Positions 29,491 through 40,950 of a stretch of 64,000 nucleotides of DNA are shown here, piece after piece; position 1 is the first letter of the stretch, and each line of letters opens with the position of its first letter. The stretch lies in IMG/VR virus record IMGVR_UViG_3300037422_000298. The stretch is one strand, 5' to 3'. A model generated the notes under the pieces. It saw only the letters and a program-made list of their open reading frames with translations, did no database searches and was not told where the DNA came from. This DNA comes from a virus. Taxonomy: Duplodnaviria; Caudoviricetes. The position numbers and the translations under genes are program-made.

Positions 29491-30816
29491 ATGGCGAGCC
29501 GCAAGAGCCCACACCAAGTCGACACGTCGAACGGCAAGTCTCGCCTCGGCGGACCTGTCGATCCCGAAGTCGCCGCAGCGTTGATCCGACGCTGCAAGGC
29601 GCAAGCGATGTCGCTCGGTTGGAAGTTTCCGTTCTTCCTGCCGTCGATTGCTCGCATCGAGTTCCGCGTCGACACGCGACGTCCGACGGCGTGTGTGGAC
29701 CTTCGCGGGCGCATCTACATCAACCCGGATTTCGCCGCGACGCTGAAAGACAGCGAGCTGCAGTTCGTGATCGCACACGAGCTGATGCACCTGCTGATGC
29801 TCCACCACGATCGCCGCGGGCACCGTGATCCGTTGCGATGGAACATCGCGACCGACCTGATCATCAACCGTACGCTCAAGAACGTCTCGGACGCGGCGGG
29901 TGCGGGCGCGTTCACGATGCCCAAGAACGAGAAGGGCGACGTCGGTATCATCGCTGACGAGAATCAGGCCGAGATGACGGCCGAGCAGCTCTACAGCGAG
30001 ATCTCCGAGCCGCCGCAGTGGCTCAAAGATCTCTTCAGCCAGGGTGCGGTTCCCGTCGGCCACGGCTGCGGTCCCGAGCAGGACGGCGGCAATGGTGATG
30101 ACGCGGACAAGGACGACAAAGACGGCGACGGCGCCGGTAAGACCGAAGATCAGCTGCGCCGTGAATGGCGCGAGTGTGCTGCGCAGTCGCAGATGGCGGG
30201 CCGCCAAGCTGGGACACAAGAAGGCAACATGCTGGCCGACCTGCTCGACATCCCGCCACCGAAGGTACGGTGGTCGGAGGTGCTCCGTGGTGCGCTCTAT
30301 CGCGCCATCGCAGAAGCGGGCCGCGACGACGTCGCTTGGACTCGACGTTCGCGGCGCAGTACGCCCGAGATCATCCTGCCCGGCGGTATCACGTACCGCT
30401 GCAAGGCGGCCGTCGTGATCGACACGTCGGGCTCGATGTCCGACGAGGATCTGAGTCGCTGCGTCGCCGAGACGACGGCCATCGTCAATAACGCCCGCGT
30501 GCCGGTGTTCCTTGTCGCACACGACCATGCCGTGCAGGAAGCCTGTTGGATTCGCCCCGGCGCGAAGTCGCAGGTTCACTCGAACATCAAGAAGCGGATG
30601 AAGGGTCGCGGCGGGACGAGCTTCGACGCGGCCTACGAGCGCGTCGAGGAGGAGCCGGGCAAGTTCAACGTGCTCGTCCATCTGACCGACGGCGAAATCT
30701 ACAGCGACTGGCCCGATCGCCCGGCGTCGGTGCGGCGCTTGGTCGTCGCGCTCGTCGGGTCGGCCAACAAGACTGACGTACCGGCTGATGCGCGTTGCAT
30801 CGAAGTCGAGATTTGA
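29491..30816 (+). CDS. metallopeptidase-VWA protein (DUF2201-like)
   Basis: HELMH, WNIATD..IN, DTSGS, GRGGTSF, LTDG. Confidence 0.88.
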   Translation: MASRKSPHQVDTSNGKSRLGGPVDPEVAAALIRRCKAQAMSLGWKFPFFLPSIARIEFRVDTRRPTACVDLRGRIYINPDFAATLKDSELQFVIAHELMHLLMLHHDRRGHRDPLRWNIATDLIINRTLKNVSDAAGAGAFTMPKNEKGDVGIIADENQAEMTAEQLYSEISEPPQWLKDLFSQGAVPVGHGCGPEQDGGNGDDADKDDKDGDGAGKTEDQLRREWRECAAQSQMAGRQAGTQEGNMLADLLDIPPPKVRWSEVLRGALYRAIAEAGRDDVAWTRRSRRSTPEIILPGGITYRCKAAVVIDTSGSMSDEDLSRCVAETTAIVNNARVPVFLVAHDHAVQEACWIRPGAKSQVHSNIKKRMKGRGGTSFDAAYERVEEEPGKFNVLVHLTDGEIYSDWPDRPASVRRLVVALVGSANKTDVPADARCIEVEI

Positions 30817-30856
30817 GCTGGCGCGCTATCGCGTCGATACTTACTAGGGGACAATC

Positions 30857-31675
30857 ATGAGCAAGAGCAAGAGCAAGGGTTCGAGCGAGCGAGTCTTTCA
30901 CTTTCAGCCGGGTTGGATGATCGTCGACTGTTCCAGCGCGAGCGGCGGGATTCGATACGACCGCGAGCTGCTGAAGGAGAAGACGATCAACAAGGGCAAC
31001 GGGCTGCAGGCCGACCACAAGACCCGCAAGACCGTCGACAACGTCGAGTTCTGCGCGGCGATCGACGCTGTCGTGAAGAAGATCGACTACGTGTTGCGCA
31101 AGCACTGTGCGCGCACGGACATGGGTTGGTTTGCCAACGATGCGGCGCTGCACAAGGTCAAGGCCGAGGTCGCCGAGATCGAATGCGAAGCTGCCGAGCT
31201 GAATACCTCGGCGGCTAAGAAGGCGCGGAGTGCGCGTCGGGCGAAGATCCGCGTGGTGCCGCTCAAGCTCGACCTCGCGAAGCCCGAAGCCGTGCAGGAG
31301 ATCGCGCACACGATCCGGAGCGTGCTCTCCGAATTGCGCGATGCGCTCAAGACAGGCAACCTCGCTGACCTGCACAAGCTCCGCATTCGCTCGAAGAACC
31401 TCGAACAGCTCGCCGTCGGCTTCCAGCAGGACGCGATTCGCTTCGCGCTGGAGCGCGTACCGCTCGCGGCGAACGAGATCCGCGAAGCGGTCAAGAACGC
31501 CAAGCGCGCCGCGCAGAACGACGGCGCGAAGAAGGAAGAAATCGAGGCAGTCATCGAGGCTGCTGCGAAGCGCGCGGGCGGCAAGGTCGACGTCGAGGCG
31601 ATCGAAGCAGCGATTGCGCACTTCGAGGACTCGCCGCTTGCGGGTACGACGATCGCCGACGACGAAGCGGCGTAG
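30857..31675 (+). CDS. hypothetical helical protein following the AAA-VWA pair
   Basis: long ORF with GGGG RBS. Confidence 0.75.
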   Translation: MSKSKSKGSSERVFHFQPGWMIVDCSSASGGIRYDRELLKEKTINKGNGLQADHKTRKTVDNVEFCAAIDAVVKKIDYVLRKHCARTDMGWFANDAALHKVKAEVAEIECEAAELNTSAAKKARSARRAKIRVVPLKLDLAKPEAVQEIAHTIRSVLSELRDALKTGNLADLHKLRIRSKNLEQLAVGFQQDAIRFALERVPLAANEIREAVKNAKRAAQNDGAKKEEIEAVIEAAAKRAGGKVDVEAIEAAIAHFEDSPLAGTTIADDEAA

Positions 31676-31677
31676 GC

Positions 31678-33392
31678 GTGTCGCAGACTGCCAAGATCAA
31701 GCGGCTGGAGGCTACGATCAGACGGCTGCGCAAGCGGCTTCTCGACGAACGGCGGGCAAACGCGCCACTAGACGGTCCAGGTGGGACCGACGATTGGCGC
31801 ATTCACTTCGAGTACGAACAGGAAACCAAGCGGCTGTTGAGATGAGCGACGACGAGAAGCCCGACAACCAGTGGCTCGCGGACGCCATCAACCAAGCGAA
31901 GCAGAGTGCTCTGCCGTTGCTTCTCCAGTCGTTCGTCGAAGAAGAAGGCGCCGATGTCGACGCGATGTGTGACGCCGTCGAACTGGCGCTGCTCTCGATC
32001 ACAGGCGACGTGACGGAAGAGAAGCTCCGTAACGCGCTGCGGTCCGTTGCCGAGCCCTACGCCGAGTCAATCGGCGCGAAGTGGGAGAACGTCGCGGACG
32101 CGATCCTGGGAACGCTCGAATGGTTGCCGCCGGACAAGTCGACGCACATTCTGGACAGCTGGGGACGCTGATATGACACACGAAGCGCTTTTCGCGATCC
32201 TCGACAACATCAAGATCCTCGACCGTCGTTTCATCGCGACGCCGACGAGCCACGGCTGGCACCTGCAGGTCACGTACAACGAAACCGACATCGACACCGG
32301 CAAGCTCGAACAACAGTGCTCGCGCAAGTGGTTCATCTCCGACGAAGCGACCGAATCCGATGTCGTCGACACGGCGTTTGCTGCGGTGATGCGCAGCTAC
32401 GATCACGTCGTGCAGGAGCACTTTACGTACAAGGGCAAGCGCGTGTTCTCGCCGCACTTCACGATTGGTCAGCGGCTCGCGATGGCGACGTCGTGCCCGG
32501 TCTGCGAAGGGCCGCATGACGATGTCAAGCATCGCGAAGTGCGCAAGCTCGAAGTGATGACGCTGGAACAACGTGAGCAGAAACAAGCCGAGAATGCCGT
32601 TGCAGGTTTCGAGCACTGGCTGCATCAGGACATGTTCACGCAGGCGGACGAGTTGCTGATGCTCTATAAGAACAAGATCGAGAACTGGCCTCCGGTCGTA
32701 CTTCTCGGAATCTTGTCGATCACGTTTCCCGCCAAGGATCGGCTCAAGAACCATGACGATTTCCTGCGGCGTGCCGAGGCGAAGCTGCGCGCTGATCTCG
32801 GCGACGTCCGCGCGAACGATCTCTTGCGGCATCGACGATGAAAGAACGGGCGCTGTCTCGAACGCAGCTTCGCATGCTGCGTCTCGTCCGCGACGGCGAA
32901 CCATACGACCTCTTCGCCTATGGCATGTCCGAACGTGCAGGCATCAAAACGACCATGGACTCGCTCGTGCGTCGGGAGTTGCTCACGTGGCACGATGACG
33001 ACCTCGTGATCACGGCGTTCGGGCGCGAAACACTTCGAAAGCTCGACGAGGACTGACGAGATCACTCGCCTTGCTACGTTACTCTTGACTTGCTAGGCTC
33101 GAATGCAGTAACTGAGGGTGCATCCATGCCGTTCTCGCGCCTCTACACAACCGAAGCTGACGGTCCCGAGATCATCACGGACTCGTGTATGCCGCCGTTC
33201 GGTGTCGCTGAAGTGCTTCTTGGCACCCAGCCAGATCTGTTTCAGTTCTGGCTGTTAACGCATCGTCAAGACATCGCACTCGTGACCGGTCCCATGTTCT
33301 GGCGTACGGCTGTGTTGCGCGAGTGTCTGCCCCGCGAAATCGACGTCGCGGCCGGGTTACAGTTTACGGCACTCGCGGAGCCGCTCAGATGA
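31678..33392 (+). CDS. run of hypothetical genes (31678-31845, 31842-32171, 32173-32841, 32838-33056 winged-helix-like, 33126-33392)
   Basis: coupled ORFs. Confidence 0.6.
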
Positions 33393-33700
33393 CACTGCGC
33401 AGACGCAAGAAGGTCGCGAACGTGCTCCGACGGCTCGTCAAGGCCGAGGCGCCCAACGCGTCGTGGAGCCGCGTCTGGCTGACGAGCGGGCTACGGCAGC
33501 TCGTCGCACAAGCGGATCGCATGAAGCTAACGCCCGAGGACGTCCTGACGCCCACAGGCCGCGACGCGTTCATCGCGATCGCGCGCGCGATCGTGTTCAA
33601 CAAGACGGCGCTCCCAACAGTCGGCGCCGAGTGGCAACTCGTGCTTGCCCTCGCCACGCCCGACTTCTCGATCGAAGAACGAGAACTGTTTGCGTCATGA
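33389..33700 (+). CDS. hypothetical protein (paralog family A)
   Basis: LTPEDVLTPTGRDAFIAIARAI...EWQLVL. Confidence 0.7.
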   Translation: MTLRRRKKVANVLRRLVKAEAPNASWSRVWLTSGLRQLVAQADRMKLTPEDVLTPTGRDAFIAIARAIVFNKTALPTVGAEWQLVLALATPDFSIEERELFAS

Positions 33701-36700
33701 CGCTCGAACGCACAAATCGCCTGAGCCGTAGCGGCAGCCCGTTGTGGCGAATGGAGATGGCCGAACGCGAATTCCGCGGCTACGGCGCAACCAAGCGCTT
33801 TCTGATCTTGGCGCCGTACAGCTGTCCGAATCCCGACCGTGGCGGCGAGCTTCATACCTGGTTTGAAGAAGAGCGCGGACGCTACCACTGGGTTTCCAAT
33901 TCGATGACTTCACGCAAGCCGAGAGGCGCACCTACATTCTCGGTCGACTTGATCGAGATCGAAAAGTCGCAACGAACTGCGCGCCCCAAACACGCGTTGG
34001 AGTACACGATCCTCAAGGCGCTCATGTGCGGTGATCTTCACGGCGAGTCCGCCAACGGTGTGATGCACACGCTGTTCTGGATGCACTTCGTCGAGGATGA
34101 CGACGGACTGACGTATCTCCACAAGTACGCGCCACGCGAGTCCGCCAATTTTTATGCTCGCCAGCGGCTGCGCGACTTCACCGAATTCGTCGATCGCACT
34201 TCAAATCGATCAGGCGCCTGGGATGCTCGACACAGGGTCGAAGACGCGATGAAACCCGTCGGTGGCCGCCCACGAAACTACGACCACGAACTGGGCGAAC
34301 GATTCAGCCGACGATTCCTCACCGATCGTAATCTCTGCGACGCGATCGCGGCTGTGATGACGGCAGATTTCCCACAGGAGGAACAGCTTCGGCAGGTTCG
34401 TCAAATCGTCGAGCTGAACGCGACACGAATGGATCACGTCATTGCCGCTGTCGTGCACGCCACCTGGGAGGACAGTGCGTTGCTCGGCCTGCGTGCGTGT
34501 CAACGCCTCGAAGCCGAACCGAAGTCCGACTTCTTCAAAGCCGTCGACGCGTACGTCCTCGCCCACGCCGACACACAAGGGTTGAAGACGTTCCTCAAAC
34601 CGCATTTCAAGTTGCCCAAGCTCAAGGTGCTCAACGATGTCCGAGAACCGTGAATATCCGCCGTGCGTGCAGAAGTTGATCGACTCAGCGCGCGCACAAG
34701 GCGCTGAGCTAGTCGACGTCGCGTACGACTCAGAAGGCGGCATCGCGAACTGCGGTTACGCAAGCGTGTCGGTCCGTAAGGACGGGCGTGTGTTCTCGAA
34801 CAGCGGCTCGTTGATGCGCATCGGCGGTAAAATCGAATTCGCGGCGTTGATGTCGTCGTCGGTGACGGAGGAGGAGTGGCGTAAACGACACGGCGACTTC
34901 CAGATGTCCGTCGACAAGCCGTTCGAGATCCCTCGCACGGTCCGCGAGATGATCGAGCAGAAACGCGCCGCGGGTCACGACGGTGTCTTCAACGATCCAG
35001 AAGCCGTTGCCGCGATCGAGGCAGTCAAAGACGCGCCGATCAGCCTCGCAGCAGCGGCCAAAGCCCGTGACCTCGTCGAGCTGCCGACCAAGATCAATCA
35101 CCACACACGCACGCCGAATCAACCAACCGAAGCAACCATCGTCGAGGGCGAGTACTGCAACGCGAACAACGATCTGGGCGCGCCCGTACCGTACAGCATC
35201 AAGCTCACGTGCAAAGCACCAGGCACCGTCGAGTTCACGCTCACGATCGACAATCACGTTCACGGGCGGTTGCCGTTCGACAATCTCGTGAAGGCCGCGA
35301 CGCGCGTCGACCCAGATCACGCCATCGGTCCTGAGAGACAGATCCGCGGGCTGCGCCAAGAGGTCGCCGACGCGAACGCTCGAATGTACGAGTGGCAGAG
35401 CCGCGCGATCCTCGCCGAGGAGCGCGTCGCAGTCCTCGAAGGTCAGCTCAAAGCGTTTCAAGAGGCATCGAAGGCTTGAACGATGGCGCGCACGGACACC
35501 ACACCGTTCCGCGACCCGCGGAACGCCGTCGGACTCCTGACCGACGTGCTCGATCTGGCCCTCACGGGCCCGACACTCACTGGCGGTCTGTTCACGGTTC
35601 CGCGTGAGGTGAAACAGAAACCGCCCGCGCTGTACAAGTTCGATCCCGACGAGGCTATTTCGCCCGTCATCGCTTCACGCGACCTCGGACGCGAATTCGC
35701 GAAGGCACCGCGGCGCGTGTTCAATGGCTACCGTCGAAAAGGCACCGCTGACCTCTATCAGCGTGTGAAGGCCGCGTACGAAGAACTGCCCAGTGACATG
35801 TGGCTCTACGGAGACTCGAAACGCGAGTTACACACGACATTGCGCTCACTCGCCGAGCGCGGACTCAAGATCGTCATCGCGTCGATGGAGGATGTCGCAC
35901 ATTGGCAACGGTTTCCGTCCGAAGAAGGACATGGGTGGCATCGCTGGTGGCACGACCACGTCAGTAGCGCGCTCCGTCTCGGCGTTTGTCAGAACGACAT
36001 CGCGAACGCCGAGTGTGGATGGCGTTTCCGCGATCTGACCGAACGCAGTCATCGCGGTCGGAACATGCGCGCCGCCTTCGAAGCTGCGTGGCTCGCAGGC
36101 CAATACAAATTCGCGCGGAGCCTCGTCGAATGACGATCGCAAACCTCTCGCTCGCTGGTACGCCGCTCGAAAACACGCCGTTCGAAGAACGGCTGCATCG
36201 GCTTCAACGACATCGCGACCACGCGCTCCGTGGGTACGAAAGGAAAGGCATGACACCGCAACTCGCAGAAGCGCTCCGTTCCGAGATTCGCACGGCCCTC
36301 GAAGCCGACGGCAAACCGTTCGACGGCAACGTCGCGCGACGCGTTTACGACCTCGCGATCGCGGCACGCGACATGTGCGTGGCAGCGACCAGCGGCGTCA
36401 AGGAAGCGATCGCGACGATCAAGGACGTCGGCGGCCCGATCGAGTCGCTCGATTCGGAGGACACGCCCGAATCGCAGGTGCAAGCATCCGAGTCGTTCGG
36501 TGCACGTCTCTTGCGCGAGCTGATGGCGACGCTGCCAATGATGCAACAGCGGCGTGACGGCGACGACCCGAAGCAGCTCGTGCATGCGCTCGCGGAAGCA
36601 CGCCGTACGGGCATGCACGATGTCGCTGAGGAGCTGGAGAAGAAGTTGTTCGGCCGCGTGATCTTGGGTTCGCGTCCCGTCGGTACCGGAATCGAAGTCC

Positions 36701-38792
36701 CCGAGGGTAGCTTCGAGCACGGCTTTGCTGACGGGCGCGCCAACTCGCCGCCCTTCACGAAAGACGGCGACTACCACGCGGGGTATCTCAAAGGCCTCGA
36801 ATCGCGTTACTTGACGCCTGTCGAAGCAACGTTCGACCACAGCAAGCGAACCGTGAAGCACTTCGATCGCGACGCGGGATTCTGCGTCTGTCGTGACTGC
36901 ATGAAGTTGCCGGAGCACGAGCCCATCACGGTTCAGTCACTGACGTCCAGCACCGACAGTGGGCATGCGTCGAACTGCCTCGCACGTTCGTTCGGTGAGG
37001 ATCGCGAGTGCAACTGTCACCGTTCGAAGCGGCTCGTCCCGCGTTATGACGATGATGGCAACGTGCCACGTTACGACGACACCGAACTTCGCGGTCGGCC
37101 AAGCAACCGCGTGCCGATGGATCCGATCGAACGCGAAGAGCTGGAGGGCAAGTAGCTATGCGCACGTGGTTTCTGCCCTCGTTCAACGGCGACTTCCGTC
37201 TGACGGCAGGCGACGACGACAAGACGTCCAAGCTCCTCGTGATGGCGCCGACGCCACACGAGATCCAGTTGCTCAACAAGTTCCTGACGCAGGCCCACAA
37301 GAAGAAGTGGACCAACGAGCTACTGTCCGACGATGACGCCAACGATACCCGGACGATCATTCTCAAGGCGCCGCTCGCGAAGGTTGGTCCCGTGCTCGTC
37401 AAGGCAGCAAAGCCTGCCGATCGAACGCTGACGGCAGTCTCGTTCGCCGACGGCAAGCTCGAAGTCGCCGAGACCGGTGCCCTCGAAACGCTCGTCGCAA
37501 AAGCCGAAGGCGACAAGGAAGCCAAAGCCGTGTCCGTCGCGCGACCGACGCCGTGCTGCCCACGATGCGCGGTCGGCGCGATCGCGCCTGCACGTGACGT
37601 CCTGCTCGCGTTCCTGAACGAGCAGGAGCATGCCGACTGGGCCGAGCATCGCGCGATCATCGTTCGTGGCGGACTGTCCGGCCATCAGTACCTGCTCGCG
37701 CACCGCCACACGCCGACGGCCGCGCGGCTCGGCAAGATCTGTTACGACCTCGAAGAACGGTTCGTGCTGCACTTCCACGCGAGCGACGTTCCGCCCGAGG
37801 AAGAGATCCTCGCCGCGAAGCTCATCCTTGAACATCGCGAGCCGTGGCTTCGCAACGAAGCGACCGTCATCCAACAGACCAAAGACGGGCGCTGGCACGA
37901 CCTCGGGTTCATGCGCTACAAGAATCCGTTCGGCGACATTCGTGACGGACGCATCGACGCGGCGATCACCGCGACATTCGGCATCGGCGCCGAAGCGATC
38001 TGGCGGGCCCTACGTCCGAGGAGCGACGCGTGACGATTTCCGACGAACGTCTCCAAGAGCTTCGCGACTCTCGTGCGCGCTACGCGCGCGAAGCTGGCGA
38101 GGAGTGGGTCGCCGAACACGAGGTCCACGCGATGGCTGAAGAGCTGCTCAAATCGCGCAAAGAGCTGAAGTACTACCGCGACAACAATCGCCACACCACC
38201 GACGAGTACGACTGATGCAATCCACGATCGTCAAAGTTCAGATCAGCCTCAGCACGACGCACAACGAACCGCAGGTGATGATCTACGACGAGCCACGTGA
38301 GATCTTCGAGATCCTGCCGCTGTCGAAGTGTCCCGGGCTCGAAGATGCGATGGCTGATGCAGGTCCGTTGAAGCGCGCGTACTTTCGTGCGCGGATCCAG
38401 AACGGCAAGGTTCAGCTCGATCAACGCATGCCGGAGCAAGACTGGTGAGCGCTACCTGTCAGATGATGCCGCGGCCGTGGGACATCGACACGTTGTGCGG
38501 CAAGCCTGCCATCGGCATTCACGAGCACACGGTCCATGTTTGTCTCGACTGCGCGACGGGGCTCCTTCGTGAAGAGTTCGAGATCATCTGGGACGACCAG
38601 ACACCCGCGCAGCTCGGTGATCGCTACCAGTTCATTTACCCAGCGCGTGATCGGCAGTTCGATTGCGAGCTGACCGTGGTGCGCCTATCGCGCCTCGACG
38701 GTGAACCGGACGGCGAGGAGCTGGTGTTCTTCGACGACGGCTCGCACAGCAAGCAGAAGAACCTCACGAAAGTCAGGAAGCTGCCAGCATGA
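33697..38792 (+). CDS. run of hypothetical genes (33697-34653, 34637-35479, 35483-36133, 36130-37155, 37158-38033, 38030-38215, 38215-38448, 38445-38792)
   Basis: continuous coupled plus-strand ORFs. Confidence 0.65.
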
Positions 38793-39112
38793 CCGAGAAG
38801 CTCGTCCGCAACGGTCCTGGTTTTCGCATTCGCGCCGAAGGCGGCCAAATTCGCGTTGCCGAGCGCCACGAGCTGCAGGTGCTTCTGGCACAGAAGCTCG
38901 TCGAAGAGGCGCAAGAAGTCCTCGCCGTCATTCAGAACGAGCGCGGTTCCCACGCTGACACCGTCGCTGAGCTAGCCGACGTCACCGAGGCGATCCGCGG
39001 CCTGCGTCGCGCCGCGAATATTCGAAAGGACGACATCCGTGCCGCGCGCCGCGCGAAACGCCTTCGCGAGGGCGATTTCAGCGAGCGTTTGGTATGGATG
39101 CAGGATGGCTGA
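38789..39112 (+). CDS. MazG-like nucleoside triphosphate pyrophosphohydrolase
   Basis: KLVR, KLVEEAQE, ELADV.EAI, R.AKR..EGDF. Confidence 0.8.
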   Translation: MTEKLVRNGPGFRIRAEGGQIRVAERHELQVLLAQKLVEEAQEVLAVIQNERGSHADTVAELADVTEAIRGLRRAANIRKDDIRAARRAKRLREGDFSERLVWMQDG

Positions 39113-39652
39113 TGCGCTGCCGAACCCGCAGGAACTCGATGAGAACCTCACCATCGAGGGCGTCGAGCGCTACAAGCGCCATGACTGTCGACAGTACGTC
39201 AAATGCCTCAACGTCGCCGCCGATGCGGGTTGGCAGCAGTTTCACTGCAACGCATGCAACGCGTACGAGCAGATTCCTCGCGACGATCCGTCGCAACGCG
39301 TCTTCACACAGATCGGACGCAAGCTGATCAAGAACAACGACTAGGGGGTCGAATGAGCTATCAGTATCCCATCACGACGGCGTTGCAGTTCTTAGCGTCG
39401 TTTCACAGTGCGCGCGTGACCGGCGTTGGCCACGTCACCAACATCTGTTGGATCGAGGCGTTCGTCGACGAGGACGGTACAGAAGAACAGCACTTCCTCG
39501 TGCTGGAACGCAGCAAGCAAGGCGAAGCTGCGCCCCAACTGAAAGTGTTCCAGAACCTGTCGGGCGTCGACTTGCACCAAGTCATCACGCAGCCGCACGT
39601 TCACTGGGAACGCGGCCACACGCCACAACACGGAGACGACTGCGCATGGTGA
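39105..39652 (+). CDS. two hypothetical genes (39105-39344 Cys-rich; 39353-39652)
   Basis: coupled ORFs. Confidence 0.55.
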
Positions 39653-40950
39653 ACAAGAAAATTTTGGTGACGTCCGGGATCGTCTACGGCCCACTCGACG
39701 ACAACAAGCTCGTCGGCAACCGCGTACGCGGCATTTGGGCCACACGCTTCGCGCGTTGGCTCGTCAAGCGCGGTCACTACGTCACGCTGCTCGTCGCTGA
39801 TATCCAAGAGGAGGCGGCGTACAAGCACTGGACCGACGGTATGAATGGCATCCCCAGCGGCGCCGACGCGCAGCTCATCACGCACAAGGGCTTCTGGGAC
39901 TACCAAGAGCAGTGCCACATGCTGGCAAAGACGCATGACGCTGCCGTGATGGCTGCGGCCGTCGTCAACTGGATCCCGAAGACGGCGTTCCCCGGCAAGA
40001 TGCCAACGACAGGCTACAAGCCCGGCGACGAGCTGAACGTCCCGTTCATTCTCGCGCCACGCGTGATCGACGGCATGCGTAAAGAGAACCCGAAGCTGAC
40101 GCTGATCGGCTGCAAGATGACGATCGGCGCGACGCGCGACGAGATGATCGAGTACGCGTACAAGACGCTTCACGATGCCAAGTGCCATGCAGTCATCGCC
40201 AACGACATGAAGGGTCTGCGTGCGAAGACGGTGCTGTATCCCGACCGCGCGCAGTTCGACTTCGACATCGGTGCCGAAGAGGGCGTCAACTTCTACAAGC
40301 ACCTCGAAGCGGTGATCTGCGACGAGCATTTCACGACCGTCGGTGTCGCGCCGAAACAGGCCTACGAAGAAGCGCGGCTATCGAACTACCGCTACGTCAA
40401 CGGCAGCTACGAGGAGTGTGAAGACTTGTTCGACGCGATCGTCGACAAGTACCGTCTCCGCTTCGTTCACAAGGTTCCCATCAACGGGCGGGTGTTCAAC
40501 GACTGGGTGTTCGGCTCCGTCGCCGTACGCACCGGGACGGGCGCGCTTGTCTCGCCGCGCGAGAAGAGCGCTTTGTTCTCAAAGCGGGATGCCATCGACG
40601 TTCTGTATCCAACCGACGACGATCTCAAACAGCGTCGCGTGCGCGTGATCCACCACGGCATGCACGAGATGCAGGACGGGAAGTGGGTCGAGAGCGGTCG
40701 GCCGGTTCCCAAAGCGTCGATGAACGCGTTGCTGCTCTTGCGGCACCTACAAGCGCACCCGAGCGCAACAGCCGTCTTGCATCTGCACGAACAGCTTCCG
40801 GATCGTCCAACGGTGCCATACGCGCCGCCGGGGACGGTCCGCGACAACCTACGCGAGATCGCGCATCTCCCCGCGTACAACATCGAAGGCCACGGCTGCG
40901 TGATCGCACTCGACGAACGCGGCGAGATGTGCGGAAAGTGGCAACAGTGA
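39646..40950 (+). CDS. CoaB (phosphopantothenate-cysteine ligase)-like domain fused to a class II aldolase-like domain
   Basis: KILVTSG..PLD..GN, AAAV, LIGCK, VIAND; then GSVAVR, KAS, AVLHLH, PPGT, EGHG. Confidence 0.75.
   Translation: MVNKKILVTSGIVYGPLDDNKLVGNRVRGIWATRFARWLVKRGHYVTLLVADIQEEAAYKHWTDGMNGIPSGADAQLITHKGFWDYQEQCHMLAKTHDAAVMAAAVVNWIPKTAFPGKMPTTGYKPGDELNVPFILAPRVIDGMRKENPKLTLIGCKMTIGATRDEMIEYAYKTLHDAKCHAVIANDMKGLRAKTVLYPDRAQFDFDIGAEEGVNFYKHLEAVICDEHFTTVGVAPKQAYEEARLSNYRYVNGSYEECEDLFDAIVDKYRLRFVHKVPINGRVFNDWVFGSVAVRTGTGALVSPREKSALFSKRDAIDVLYPTDDDLKQRRVRVIHHGMHEMQDGKWVESGRPVPKASMNALLLLRHLQAHPSATAVLHLHEQLPDRPTVPYAPPGTVRDNLREIAHLPAYNIEGHGCVIALDERGEMCGKWQQ

Noticed and set aside
37035-37085. 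Short duplication VPRYDD x2
   Set aside because: Local coding duplication with no further structure
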